A stretch of DNA of 51,774 nucleotides from Octopus bimaculoides (taxonomy: Eukaryota). The stretch spans positions 21,132,860-21,184,633 of the forward strand of contig NC_068984.1 of the NCBI RefSeq assembly GCF_001194135.2. The letters are read 5' to 3'. This document shows, one piece after another, positions 12,141 to 24,400 of this stretch. The notes below the pieces were generated by a model. That model worked only from the letters and a program-made list of their open reading frames with translations. It made no database searches and was not told the DNA's origin. Position numbers and translations under genes: made by a program. Every line of letters starts with the position of its first letter. The first letter of the stretch is position 1.

Positions 12141-12373
12141 TATTTCTTTATTGTCCACAATGGGCTACACACAGAGGGGACAAACAAGGACAGACAAACG
12201 GATTAAGTCGATTATATCGACCCCAGTGCGTAACTTGTACTTATTTAATCGACCTCGAAAGGATGAAAAGCAAAGTCGACCTCGGCAGAATTTGAACTCA
12301 GAACGTAGCGGCAGACGAAATACCGCTAAGCATTTCGCCCGGCGTGCTAACGTGTCTGCCAGTTCGCCATCTT
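12141..12373 (-). mobile_element. tRNA-derived SINE (family A), full length, with TSD
   Basis: Head has B-box GAGTTCAAATTC and the tail ends AAAGAAATA. The direct repeat TCTTCCATAGTTCCT flanks it at 12126-12140 and 12379-12393; the left copy may extend into the gap. Confidence 0.92.
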
Positions 12374-12404
12374 GGTGGTCTTCCATAGTTCCTGTCAACC
12401 CTTT

Positions 12405-12530
12405 TCCCTTCACGAGGTTTGATTCGGACCGAGACTATAGTAAAACATGGCTGCTTAAAGTAGCATGCAGTGGGATCAAACTAAGAGCCTCAAAATCGCG
12501 AAGCAAACTTCTTAACTATTTGACCTTGCA
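12405..12530 (-). mobile_element. Decayed family-B SINE head
   Basis: Degenerate match: CACGAGGTTTG...GACTATAGTA...GCATGCAGTGGGATCAAAC. Confidence 0.55.
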
Positions 12531-12552
12531 TGTACTCACACACACACACACA

Positions 12553-12710
12553 CGGTTGACTTCCGCATTGTTTCTGTCCACCAAATTCCCTCACAAGCAT
12601 TGGTCGACCCGGGGCTATACTCGAAGACATCTGCCCAAGGTGCTGCGCTGTAGGACTGAACCCAAAAACACATGGTTGCAAAGCGGGCTTCTTAACCACG
12701 CTCCCATGCA
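12553..12710 (-). mobile_element. Family-B CORE SINE 5' half
   Basis: GAAGACATCTGCCCAAGGTGC...GGACTGAACCC...CATGGTTGC...CTTAACCAC. Confidence 0.8.
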
Positions 12711-13927
12711 TGCATTTGTATGTATGTATGTATGTATGTGTGTGTGCGTGTGCGTGTGTGTGTGTGTGTGCGTGTGTGTACATTCCTGTACACACGCACA
12801 TTCCTGTACACAATACTCTGAAGTGGTCTCAAGCAAATAACCAGTATTATTATTATCATTAATAACCTTGTGTGTTCCCACTCATAAACTTTCATTGTTA
12901 CACTTACACTAACCCAGCAATCCATTCATGCACCACATGCATATGTACGTGCATACCTATCTAACTGCATGCAACTCTCACGCACACGCGCATACCCCCA
13001 AATGACTATGCATACACCTAGCTGGTTATCCATTCACATATTAAAAAAACGCACACACACATATACATATGCAACTGCGTACATACATAAAAATCTGTGT
13101 GCCCCCTTCACACACACATGCACACACACACACACACACATCCATGCATATAGCTACTTGATGATCCATTCATGTTTACACGTACAAGGACGTACACATG
13201 CGTGCACAAACACACTCACATATATATATATAGCTGCGTGCATTTATAAATGCAACAGGGATACAGTCATTGTACATTGCACATTGCACATTGCACATTG
13301 CACATAACGCAACGGAGTGCACGTACTAACTGCAGGCCTTTTTGTGAATGACAGAGAGAAAGAGAGAAAGAAATATCGAGAGGCAGATAGATAAACAGAG
13401 AGAAATACAGAGAGGAGGAGAGGCGTGTCTAGGCGAACTATGTTATATGGAACAATGAGAGCAATCTTAAGTCAGCCATATATGGTATTGGATCAACAAC
13501 ACGTTTTAATACACGCTCCATTATTTTTTTGTTTCGTTTCGTCTCACTTCCTCTTTATCTTTCACATTATCCTCAGCTAATTTTTTCCCATTCACACACT
13601 TATTCTGCACCCTCTCCTCTTTCTGCATCTCTTGCATTTTTACATCAACTTTCAATGTATCGTGCATTTTTGTATTGTTTTTGCTTGTGTGCTTTTTTTT
13701 CTTTCTTTTTCTTTCTATTTTCTCATTCACCAAATTTTCTGTGTTCTGATGTGCTTATATGTTTGCTATATATAAGAATGGCATTACTATTTTAATACTA
13801 CTATATTACTCATTACATACCTTGCGCATGTGCAAGTGTGTGTGTGAATCTGAATGCGTGTGCGCAAGCTCGTGTGCGTGCGTGCGTTTGTGCAACCATA
13901 TGCATACTTAGAAATATTTGGTGTTCA

Positions 13928-13928
<1 letters not shown>

Positions 13929-13984
<56 letters not shown>
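13929..13984. repeat. (TAA)n microsatellite
   Basis: Directly visible. Confidence 0.95.
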
Positions 13985-13985
<1 letters not shown>

Positions 13986-14530
13986 CAGACAGTGGTTCTC
14001 TCATGGTTTCTTATCTTAACTGATTGGAGGTACTATCATGTATATTGTTTTGTCTTGGTATAAAAGATGGGCTACAGCAAATATTCTGCTCAATGCCACA
14101 CATTTGCTTGTCAGTTGCTTGATCTTAACCAGTTGAGCATGTCCCTTAGTGGCTGACAATATGTGCATCTCTGATCACGAGCAGAAGTAGTGGGGGGTGG
14201 GCATCATAGTCATGTGTTGAGAAGAACTCTTTGGGGTTTGGATAATTCACCTTTGGAAACATAGGTATTTCGTTCGACATCCTCAAACGACCTTTATTCA
14301 AGGACCTTTTGAGCGGGATGGGCTGCTCGACCTGAAGAGAATTCTAACTGGGCCCCCACATGCAAGGTCATGCACTGTTTATCTTGATATGAGACCGTTA
14401 TGTCGCACACATATGGTTATGATGCATGTGCCTGGTGTACCCTTATCAGACAGGTAGTCATGATGGGTATACTGGGCTTCGTATATTTTACCCCAGTGTC
14501 ACTTTGATGGCATGCCCTGCTCTCTCACTC
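13985..14530 (+). mobile_element. Non-coding ~545-bp interspersed element embedded in (TAA)n, probable R4/Dong-type 3' UTR or non-autonomous retroposon
   Basis: Complex non-coding sequence flanked on both sides by (AAT)n (13929-13984 and 14531-14554). Family assignment is inferred from this target and tail. Confidence 0.55.
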
Positions 14531-14554
14531 AATAATGATAATAATAATAATAAT

Positions 14555-14760
14555 TTGGACACAAGGCCAGTACTTTTGAGGGGAGGGGATTAGTCTATTA
14601 CATTGACCCCAGTACCTGACTGGACTTTATTTTATCGACCGCGAAAAAATGAAAGGCAAAGCTGGGCTTAGCAGCATTTGAATAGAGCACCTAAAGAGCC
14701 GGAAGAAATGCCACTAAACATTTTGTCTGGTATGCTAACGATTCTGCCAACTCGTCGCCT
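14555..14760 (-). mobile_element. Family-A SINE (type-2 tail), diverged
   Basis: CACAAGGCC...GACCCCAGTAC...TTATCGACC..GAAA..ATGAAAGGCAAAG...GCTAACGATTCTGCCAACTCGTCGCC. Confidence 0.8.
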
Positions 14761-14769
14761 GATTTCATT

Positions 14770-14965
14770 CATAGGCACAAGGGTAGAAATTGAGAGTGGG
14801 GAGGGGTTGGCCAGTTAAACTGAACCCAGTTCTTGATTTACACTGTATTTTATCGATACCAGAAAGATGAATGGCAAAGTTGATTTTGGCGGGATTTTCA
14901 CCCAGAACGTAAAATGTCTTAACAAAGCACTACAAAGCATTTTGCCAAGATCAACTTTGCCACTC
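14770..14965 (-). mobile_element. Family-A SINE, heavily decayed
   Basis: GGCACAAGG...TTTATCGATACCAGAAAGATGAATGGCAAAGTTGATTTTGGCGGGATTT. Confidence 0.65.
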
Positions 14966-15293
14966 ATCTTTTACCGGCAAGTGTCTCAGCAGAAAATTGA
15001 GAAATGCATGCAAGTGGAAAGCGTCTCAGATTGACGAAGTCCACAATTTCTGACTGAAGTACCTGAGCAGTACTCAAGGGATAATAAATGATAGTAGCAT
15101 AGGGTAATATATAATTGGCCAAAATCAACACCTGCATGTCTTCTGGTTGGGAAAAACAAATGTAACTCCTCAAGACAAAAGTATCAGACCCAAAATCTTC
15201 ACATTACGAACAATTGGCTTGCTAAAACGTTGTCTACTCCTCTTGAACTTTCAAACAGAACACCAACACATAGGTGTACAAACAGACACATGG

Positions 15294-15337
<44 letters not shown>

Positions 15338-15351
15338 GACATATATGATAT

Positions 15352-15405
<54 letters not shown>

Positions 15406-15448
15406 TCATACATACATACAATCATACATACATACATACATACATACA

Positions 15449-15478
<30 letters not shown>
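15352..15478. repeat. Compound (GATA)n(CATA)n microsatellite
   Basis: Directly visible. Confidence 0.95.
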
Positions 15479-15481
<3 letters not shown>

Positions 15482-15489
15482 GTTGGTTA

Positions 15490-15750
15490 TCCTCTCGTGA
15501 CTGCAGAAGACCATCACTGATCATTGACCATACAAAATGCTTGCAATACTCGGGCATGAAGTTATTACACGTGTAGTCGGCTTCAGCCGGGTTCGTACCC
15601 ACAGCTTCCATGCTCTCCGCAGTGCCCTCTTACTCGACGGGGGCATCAGAATGTCGCCTCACCGGCGATGGCACAACCTAAAGTTTTATGTCCAGCAAGG
15701 CTTGCACAATATTTCACTAACCTTCTCCACCTTACTGACATGATCCAAAG
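15490..15750 (-). mobile_element. RTE-like LINE RT C-terminal relic
   Basis: Minus frame WKLWVRTRLKPTTRVITSCPSIASILYG, cf. RTE consensus W..xxLxxxTKIxVYxxCVLSxLLYG. Weak. Confidence 0.4.
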
Positions 15751-17000
15751 ACAAAACCAGAGCAAGATATTCGGTTCCAATATAGGTTGCAGGCTCAGGA
15801 AGGTGGGAGTACCATGATCTCAAGCACAAAATGTTCAATGCCATTTCCTGCACATCTGGTTTTATATCAGAGTGACCTTCTAGAGGCCTGTTTTAGCAAG
15901 ATCTGAGAGGTACTTCACTCTCAGTGGTTTTCCAGCTTGCTGGGCACTAGCCCGAAATTTCTGAGATCCCGTTAGATAGAGGTAGAACCTACACTAAGTT
16001 TATCAGTCCTTTTGACAGAACTTCTTTTGACTCTTATTGGGTTTCTAGTAACCGTCCTCACCAGAAAAGCTTAATAAGGGCGCCGATTTAATCGCAGACA
16101 ACCCGACCATGCAATAGGATGTACAGGATTCTATGTCACCTGTAGAACTCATGAGAGATGCACACACACATACGTACACACACACATACGTACACACATA
16201 CATACATACATACATACATACATACATACATACATACATACATACATACATACATGCATGCATACATACATAGTGGCTGTATGACTATCACTGATAAATC
16301 TTAGCCTAGGTGTTAAAGACAATGGCTGTCAGCAATTCCTATGCTGAAATTTAAATTCAATAACAGGTTGCACACACAGCTAAGACTCTCACCTACAGAG
16401 TCGAGCAGTCCAGAAACAAGCAAGTGCAAGATCTCCGGACTCCCATTAAAGAGGCTATTATTTAGGAATTTCCTACTCATATAAATATATATATATATAT
16501 ATATATGGCAACAGGTGAGTTTCATGCCATTGTGATATTCAGGCGGGAACGGATTCTTGTCTGAAGATGACAGAGATATGAAATTAACTTTTGACAAAGA
16601 ATATGTGCAACATGTATTGAGAACTCCCGTCTTTTGCCGAGAGACAAGAACATTTGTGTACGTTTGTGTGCATGCATCTGTGTGTGAGTGAGTGTGTGTC
16701 TTCAGAAACACATAACTGTATACATATATAAACAAACACACATAAATACGTTATTTATTCTGGTGTACGTTAATAGCATCAAAACAAACTATTTGATAAA
16801 TTGACAAGTAAAACTTTACGTCCTTGTAAAGGAATTTCATTACTAAAATAATAAATGAAGAGAATGCAATTATACAATATACAGTCATTAATACACATAG
16901 ATAGATACACATTCACATTTATATATGTGTATGTATATATATATATATACATGCGTGTGTAAATATATATGTATGTATGTATGAATATATATATATATAT

Positions 17001-17007
<7 letters not shown>

Positions 17008-17071
<64 letters not shown>
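17008..17071. repeat. (TA)n microsatellite
   Basis: Directly visible. Confidence 0.95.
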
Positions 17072-17075
<4 letters not shown>

Positions 17076-17229
17076 TGTGTGTGTGTATATATATGTATGT
17101 ATGGATATATATGTGTATGAGCGTGTGGGGAGGGCTAGCTAGCTAGATATAAATATAGATATAGATACATGTGTATGCATGTATGTATGCATGTATGCAT
17201 GTATGCATGTATGCATGTATGTATGTATG

Positions 17230-17268
<39 letters not shown>

Positions 17269-17810
17269 ACGGACAGACATGTACGACTGGAAAGCCTTCT
17301 GTAATAGGTATGGCCAATGAGGGCTAATCTGAGGTTAAACAACAACCGCACTCTTAGATTTATTCCACCATCTTTTCCAATAATATATTTTCAGTTCTCT
17401 TCTCCCTGTTTGATTTACTTCAAATGAAACCTTAACCCAAAATACCTCTCTCCTTACCCCAACTCTGTCCGTCTGTCTAGCTGACACACAACACCACTCT
17501 CTCTCTCTTCCTCCATGCCTCCCTGCCTCCCTGCCTCCCCCTCTCTCTCTCTCTCTCTTCCTCCCTCCTTCCCCCTCTCTCTCTCCCGCTGTTCACCTTT
17601 TACCTCTCCTCAACACTCATAGTCACACCATCTATATAACATATCACACCACCCTAATACATATGCAAACACGCCACTCATACACGTGTATGCATTCTAT
17701 TACATCACGTCACGTGTGAAGACATTTTATATACATACTGTATACACACACATATACACACACACATACACACTCGCGGCACACGGCATACGCACACAAA
17801 TACACACAGG

Positions 17811-17848
<38 letters not shown>

Positions 17849-17898
17849 TTCAAACATGATTATGTACAAAAATGTATTCATACAAAAACACATATACA

Positions 17899-18013
17899 TA
17901 CGAGAAAGCGATGAAAAGTTCCTGGTTTTAAGGGTTTCGCAGAAGGTTCTTTTACAGGGTTTAGAAAAGCTGAAGGACCGCTTCAATAAGTGTGAGAATC
18001 TGAGAGAAGAATA
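17899..18013 (+). mobile_element. Mariner deletion derivative (TIR plus transposase C-terminal remnant)
   Basis: TACGAGAAAGCGATGAAAAGTTCCTGG resembles TACGAGGG-type mariner TIRs. It is followed by LLQGLEKLKDRFNKCENLREEY (cf. mariner C-terminus GxxKLxxRxxKCxxxxGxY). Confidence 0.6.
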
Positions 18014-18120
18014 TCTATATTAATAAAAGCGAAGTTCTGTCTGTCCGTCTGAGATCCCTGTATCTCAGTCTACACTTGCTCTACAAAGGCATATTGTACC
18101 GTTTTTGGAATCAGGATGAT
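18014..18120 (+). mobile_element. Non-autonomous Helitron 5' end
   Basis: A|TCTATATTAATAAAAGCGAAG followed by a (TCTG)-type tract, the typical 5' architecture. No 3' end found. Confidence 0.55.
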
Positions 18121-18669
18121 TCCGGGATTGAAATCTGCCCTTCATCTGGTTCTTGAACATCCAGCATTGACATTTGATTTAAAAGCATTTGGGCTGTTAT
18201 TTTTAGCAGGTAAAACTTGGCTGATTCACGCCATCTTAGTTGGCGTTTGTCAGATGACACCAGAGATCAAGGGGGAGATAAATAACATTCCCTTCGTTGA
18301 TTTTACGTCGAGATAAGAACTTTGGCACAAATTGGACAACAGTTGTTAAGTCAACTTGCGACTGGAACAATAGAATGATTGCATTACAGAATAAATTCTC
18401 ATCCATCCTTAACCTCTGATAAAACACCACCGGGGCATATAGTCTTTATAGACATATTATAGTCATACTATTTAGCTCCCTTTTGTATTGGATCGCAGGC
18501 CCAATTAGCCCTTTACAGAAGCTAGCTTGAAAGGCTGCACGAAGTGCGGCTTCTAAGCGAGTATTGAATAAAATCATAACTGGTCCCACCGTATTTTTTT
18601 TTACCCAAAGTCAGGAGCTTTGCAGCACCCCCTTGTACATACATACATACATACATACATACATACATC

Positions 18670-19405
18670 CAGGCTGGACTGGCCTGTCTAAACAGAAGTT
18701 TGAAGGAAAAGCAAGCATCGTACCAGCAAAAAGCAATGCATTGGTACATTTCCCGTAAGCAGAGGGCACTGACAGCATTGACAAGAAGAGTATCCTCTCC
18801 TGGACCTGTGATAGATACATTACATTTCACCTAGAAGAATATGCCTTAGCTATCCAGGAACAAGAGATAGCCACTATATGCCGGGTAAACAAGAGGAACA
18901 ACGATACCACCAAATCTCCACGTTGTCGCTTCTGCTATAGCAGTGTGGAAGTTATAACCAACATCATCAGTAGCTGCCCCAAAAATCTACGAGATATTAC
19001 GTGCCCCTGAGACATGATATAGTTGCAAAGGCTATTTGCAATGTTAACTGCAGGAAGGATTACCTTGGCGTATACATCAAAAGCATGTTAGAACTAGCGT
19101 GTATTCACACCTTTAAAGGCAAGGAATACTGGTGGAACACTCCAATAAAAACAGTTATTCGGTACAAACATAATAGACTGGATATTGTTCCGTGGGACGT
19201 TAGCAAAATTCATGCACTGTTGTAGAGGTCAGATGCCCAGCGGATGTGAATGTATGATCAAACGTCCAGGAAAAGGCACTTAATGTGGAACTTACAATCC
19301 TGACTATAAATTCTAATTTGTACCTATGACCATATATGTACAGAAGGTTATGTACCAACAATTTCACATAAAAACCTAGAAATACTAGGTTTTTCGAAGA
19401 CACTG
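18670..19405 (+). mobile_element. R4/Dong-clade LINE relic: CCHC knuckle and restriction-like endonuclease
   Basis: YALAIQEQEIAT...CRFCYSSVEVITNIISSCPK..RYYVPLRHDIVAK...KEYWWNTPIKT..KHNRLDIV.WD...VEVRCPADVN...PDYKF..VP. Confidence 0.9.
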
Positions 19406-20169
19406 ATTCTCCAAATCCAGTCTACTAGCGGCACGGTGAAGGTTTATAAGACATTCCAAAAGATTCTCTATCTGATGTTCTTTAGGTGAATCGATGCAAG
19501 CACTTGGATGTGTGCATCAACAGCTCAACCAACACACCAACTCAACCACATATTTACAAACACCGAAAACTCTCTTAACTCGAAAAGTCTAGTCGTTTTG
19601 TTAGTGACCGGCTTGAACTCTCTTAAGAACTTCAATAAAACACAAAGAAAAAGAACATACATACATGTATGCATGCCACATACATACATACATGCATGCA
19701 TACATACATACATACATACATACATACATACATACATGTATGCATGCCACATACATACATACATGCATGCATACATACATACATACATACATATATACAT
19801 ACATACATACATACATACAGCTATTGTGGAACATAATTACTTGATTAACTGCCTCGCGACCAATCTTGAGAAGTTAGGTTTTACAAAACCAGAAAAAAAC
19901 ACAGCCAAATAAGAGTCTGCAGCTGCAAGCCATCAGCCGTGATGTCAAAATATGTAAAACATTTAAGAGGTTTAGCATGTAATAAAAATCTATGTAAAGT
20001 AACGCCCTCCACCCTGCATTCATGTATGCGTGTGCACATATGTATATATGCACGCATATGCATATATGTGTGCGCATACATAGATACTCACATGCATGTA
20101 TACATCCTTAGCCAGTCTGAATTAAAATCTCAGCTCGTTTTTGTTTTAATTATTCGAATCACTTAGGCC

Positions 20170-20720
20170 ATACATATGTTCTACTCTTTTCGTATACGTC
20201 TACACCTCTTGGCTACTGGACAGAGGTCATGCTTATGAAGCCCATTGAAACAGAAACACATGTCCATAACTGCCGTCTTATCTCCAATCAATAAAGTTGT
20301 CCCTTTTCTTTAATGGCATGTCAACTTAAAAGAATTCTTCATTATTGGGAATATTTCCGCTTCTCACACGCAGCTGTTCTCTGCTGCCATTATGACGCAT
20401 CTTCTAGAGGTGGAGATGATTGTAATTAATTTAACATTTTATTTTGTAGAGTATTTGATATACTTGTATTTATCTATGATGTTCATAAACATATCACTGG
20501 CCACTCTGAGTCATTCATCTTATCTCACTTTTGTTTAAGCTATACATTTATTCCTACTCTGTTGATGCCTAGAAGAAAGGGTCCAAAGAAAGGGTCTTGT
20601 TTCTAGGCTAGAAACCGGCTGATTCTCAATTACTGAGAAATTCGTAAAATATAAACCAGGATCGAACATATTTACACCCACATCACTCACCCTTCTCTTC
20701 ATTCCTTTTCATCTTTATCC
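20170..20720 (+). mobile_element. Possible Penelope-like 3' terminal region, decayed
   Basis: Weak GIY-YIG C-terminal-like text and the terminal motif CTAGGCTAGAAACCGGCTG at about 20602-20620, which is shared with the minus strand at 318-345. Confidence 0.3.
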
Positions 20721-20754
20721 ATACATTTTTTTTATATGACATAAAAAAAAAAGT

Positions 20755-21110
20755 TACGTGGGTCTCCGTCGGTTTCTATGATGAATATTCCACTTGTCAG
20801 ATGAACAGGAGCATGCATTCATTAAATCATAGTGTAAGTGGCTGAGTGTTCCATAGACACTTGTACCCTTAGAGTAATTTTCAGACAGAATCAACATGAC
20901 ACTGCGATAAGGCCAACCCTTTGAATTAATAAGCACAGTCCGGCCTTCCGGCTTCTTCACAGTTTCCGTCTGCCAATTTCGATAACCGGACTTGAGTCGA
21001 TAAAAGACACCTAAACATGCTTCGCTAAAGAATCGAGCCCAAGACAGCTCGATTGCAAAGAGAACTTATCTGCCAGTCGGCCGAACCTGCATTCTTCAGA
21101 CATATGTTCA
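20755..21110 (-). mobile_element. Diverged SINE: family-B-like head joined to the family-C 3' module
   Basis: 20950-21110 has CAGTTTCCGTCTGCCAA...AAAAGACACC...AATCGAGCCC (family B). 20755-20930 has GTAAGTGGCTGAGTGTTCCATAGACACTTGTACCCTTA...ATGACAC...GATAAGGCCAACCCTTTGAA (family-C tail). Confidence 0.65.
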
Positions 21111-21719
21111 CGCACTCACACGCATAGTCACATACATGTGCACATACATATATATACACATATGCATGCGCACATACACGCACACAATGACACACACAGA
21201 GACGCACACAGAGACACACACAGACACACACACAATTATACGCAGGTGTTATCAATGTGTGAGTGTGTGTCTATATGTGTATATATACATACACAAAAAG
21301 CTTTGGTTGCATTCTTCAATGTTAAGTACATCCATTGTATTCTGGTAAGATGGCAGACAATGTGTTTTACGATGGGTGGAAGAAGGTGAGTTGGTGTGAA
21401 CGGGGTTGGTAGGAAGAAAGAAAAAAAAATTGCAAACACACAAATACACAAATAAATAAATAAATAAATAGATAAAAACAGGTTCATAAAACAAAGCAAA
21501 CAAAAAACGTAGAAAGTATGTTGGGGTGACGGCGAGGGTGAGGAGTGAAGACGGTGGGGAATTGATAGGTTTACAGGTTACCTGGCAAACAGATAGCTGT
21601 TTGTTCACAACAAAACCTGTTGTTCTTGGATTACCCTGCTGACATACACCGGCGGGTGTTCTGTCTAACGTCTCCGTTCTGGTGTGACACAAGACGCAGT
21701 TATGATTTGGGTCGAGCTC

Positions 21720-21850
21720 AGGTGATGGTGATGGTGGTGGTGCTGGTGCTGGTAGTAGTTGTGATGATGGTGGTGGTGGTGGTGGTGATGGTGGAGGTAG
21801 TATTTGTGATGGTGGTGGTGGTGGTGGTGGTGGTGGAGGTAGTATTTCTG
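21720..21850. repeat. (GGT/GAT)n low-complexity tract
   Basis: Directly visible. It explains the poly-Val and poly-Thr ORFs. Confidence 0.9.
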
Positions 21851-22216
21851 ATGCGGTTATGAGGTTTGGGGGTGATAAGGAGAGTGACAGGAGGACTCAA
21901 TAGTTTAGNNNNNNNNNNNNNNNNNNNNNNNNNNNNNNNNNNNNNNNNNNNNNNNNNNNNNNNNNNNNNNNNNNNNNNNNNNNNNNNNNNNNNNNNNNNN
22001 NNNNNNNNNNNNNNNNNNNNNNNNNNNNNNNNNNNNNNNNNNNNNNNNNNNNNNNNNNNNNNNNNNNNNNNNNNNNNNNNNNNNNNNNNNNNNNNNNNNN
22101 NNNNNNNNNNNNNNNNNNNNNNNNNNNNNNNNNNNNNNNNNNNNNNNNNNNNNNNNNNNNNNNNNNNNNNNNNNNNNNNNNNNNNNNNNNNNNNNNNNNN
22201 NNNNNNNNNNNNNNNN

Positions 22217-22392
22217 CAGTATTTCACAAATAAAAATTAACCTAATTAACCTTTTATTTTGATTGCTTTTTTTTTTTACATTCGTTGCCCCATTTTTGGT
22301 CATCCCATTATTCCTCCATTTTCTTCAACGCCTCCCTGAATCTTTCCACCGCCCCTAGGTGGGGGCGGTACCGCCCACTTTGGGAACCACTG
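22217..22392. mobile_element. hAT-Charlie-type MITE end, other end lost in the gap
   Basis: Terminus GGGGCGGTACCGCCCACTTTGGGAACCACTG (reverse complement CAGTGGTTCCCAAAGTGGGCGG), typical of Charlie-group ends. Confidence 0.6.
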
Positions 22393-22476
22393 TTTTATTC
22401 AGAAGTATTTGTGTCTTAGTCTTAAATTTCTAAGCAAAACGACAAAATATAGAAACAATTACATTATTATTGTTAT

Positions 22477-22682
22477 GAGGGCGGTAAATTGACAAACTTG
22501 TTAGAGCGTTAGAAAGATCCTTCTATTCGGCTCTACGTTGGGAGTTCAAATACCACCAAAGTCAATTATGACTTTGATCCTTTCGGAGTCGATAAAATAA
22601 AATACTAGTCAAGAACTGGGGGAAGGCAGAGGTCACTCGTATCGACAAACCCCAGCTCAAAACTGTCTGCTCAAATTAGAAA
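22477..22682 (+). mobile_element. Family-A SINE, decayed
   Basis: GAGTTCAAATACCACC..AGTCAA..TGACTTTGATCCTTTCGGAGTCGATAAATAAAATACTAGT. Confidence 0.65.
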
Positions 22683-22693
22683 ATATGGTCATA

Positions 22694-23187
22694 GGCAGAG
22701 GCGTGGCTGGGTGGTAAGCAGTTTACTTTCCAACTACGTGGTTATGGGTTCAATCCTACTGTATGGCACCTTGGGCAAGTGTTTTCCACTATAGCCCCGG
22801 TCCGACCAAAGCCTTCTGAGTGGATTTGATAGATGGAAACTGAAAGAAGCACATAGTGTATATATGCATACATATATATTGGGTTGGTACATAGTTACAT
22901 ATATATTGGGTTGGTGCATAGTTACTGCGACTTTTTATTGGGTTGGTGCATAGTTACTGCGACTTTTTTTTCAACAAATTTAAGTCATAAAAAAACAATA
23001 ACAATATTTAACAAAAACATCTTTAAATGACGGTCTGACCGTCTGCCAAGCATGGGAAGTAGTAATTGAGGTACATGGTGAATATGCTCCGGAATAATCA
23101 TTTAAAGATGTTTTTGTTACATGTTGTTATTGTCTCTGTTGAATAAAATTTGTTGAAAGAACGCCGCAATAATTAATCACCAACCCA

Positions 23188-23272
<85 letters not shown>

Positions 23273-23390
23273 TGTCTGTGTTTGTTCCTCACCACCGCTT
23301 GACAAACGCTACTAGTGTGTTTACGACCCCGTAACTTAGCAGTCCAGCAAAAATAGAGCGATAATACCAGGCTTTAAAACATAAGTACGC
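22694..23390 (+). mobile_element. Family-B CORE SINE interrupted by a mariner MITE in its central microsatellite
   Basis: The 5' half (22694-22860) has GGTTCAATCC and GGCACCTTGGGCAAGT. The 3' half resumes after the (TG)n tract at about 23270 (CCACCGCTTGACAAAC...CCCCGTAACTTAGC). Confidence 0.85.
22936..23190 (+). mobile_element. Mariner-derived MITE, 255 bp
   Basis: TIRs TATTGGGTTGGTGCATAGTTACTGCG and CGCAATAATTAATCACCAACCCAATA in a TA context. Internal remnant WEVVIEVHGEYAPE* is a mariner C-terminus. Confidence 0.88.
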
Positions 23391-23679
23391 TCTGAGGCTG
23401 ATGCATATCCAGAGAATTCTGAAATACTGCGTCGATGATAACAACGACAACGATGGTGGTGAACAGGAGTTGAGTCTCTTTTGTAAGACCTTGTCCAGCT
23501 TAACTGCTTGACCGAGCTGCATTCCCGGATCATGCGCAGACTAAGGTCGAGCGTTTGATATCTGAAATGCTGCCTGGTGCTCACAGCACTCTCTTAGCTG
23601 GACAGTGAGATCAATTGAATAGAGAATCAGTGTTGTAACTGAGCGACGATTAACTCGGAATGTTTATGCAAGACGACAA

Positions 23680-24400
23680 CGTCGTTTGAGCAGTCTCTTC
23701 TGGTGGACGTAACGCGGGTTTTGGCCGTTCTGTGTAGTAACTAAATTGGTTGTCCTCTTCCTTCACTGTAACGTACCTTTAACTACAGCAAACATATGTA
23801 TACAGAGTGGCGGTCCTTTTCAATCCGCACACTCCACACTACGCCACTGCTTTCAGTTAGGAGATATTGGACAATCTCTTAAAGTTCTTGATCTGGTTGT
23901 GAGTTGGTATTACAGAGAATCGGTATTATCTGTTCGGGACAAGTTCTACTGGCATAGAAGTGCCGGGAGCCAAACTCGAATCCATTTCGAAGATTTCCCT
24001 GCCATCTGTCTTTGATCGGAAATTGCAAAATCTCTTTTTTTCTTTTCTATCCAGTGGCTTTAGGGAAACGATTGCATGGTGGACAAAATCAAGGGTCTGA
24101 AGAAAGACAGTTTCCTCTTTGGTCAAAACCTCATCAATTTGTTTGAATTCTACAAGGAGAAGGGGAGGGAGGAGGCGGATAAAAGAAGCGAGAATGGACT
24201 GTGGGCCGAAGAACAGAATGGGGGAGGGCACTTGCCTTTGATAGTCAGATGAGTTTTTTTAATCTGCATTGTCCATTGCTTGGCTTTAGATGGCTTCTCC
24301 CTCTTTTATTGAGACATCTCATTTCGTGACTTATGGATACTTTTGTCTGTCGTGCCCCTTTCTTTTCTTCACTTTCTTTTGCTTTTTCTTTGCATAATTG
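23680..24400 (+). mobile_element. Possible very decayed L1/Tx1-like 5' UTR and ORF1
   Basis: 5'-end-like CAGTCTCTTCTGGTGGACGT and only weak ORF1-like text. Tentative. Confidence 0.25.

Noticed and set aside
21540-21720. Complex non-repeat stretch with a minus-strand CAG|GTAACC donor-like site
   Set aside because: No recognisable peptide, no convincing acceptor and no partner exons; an exon call cannot be supported.
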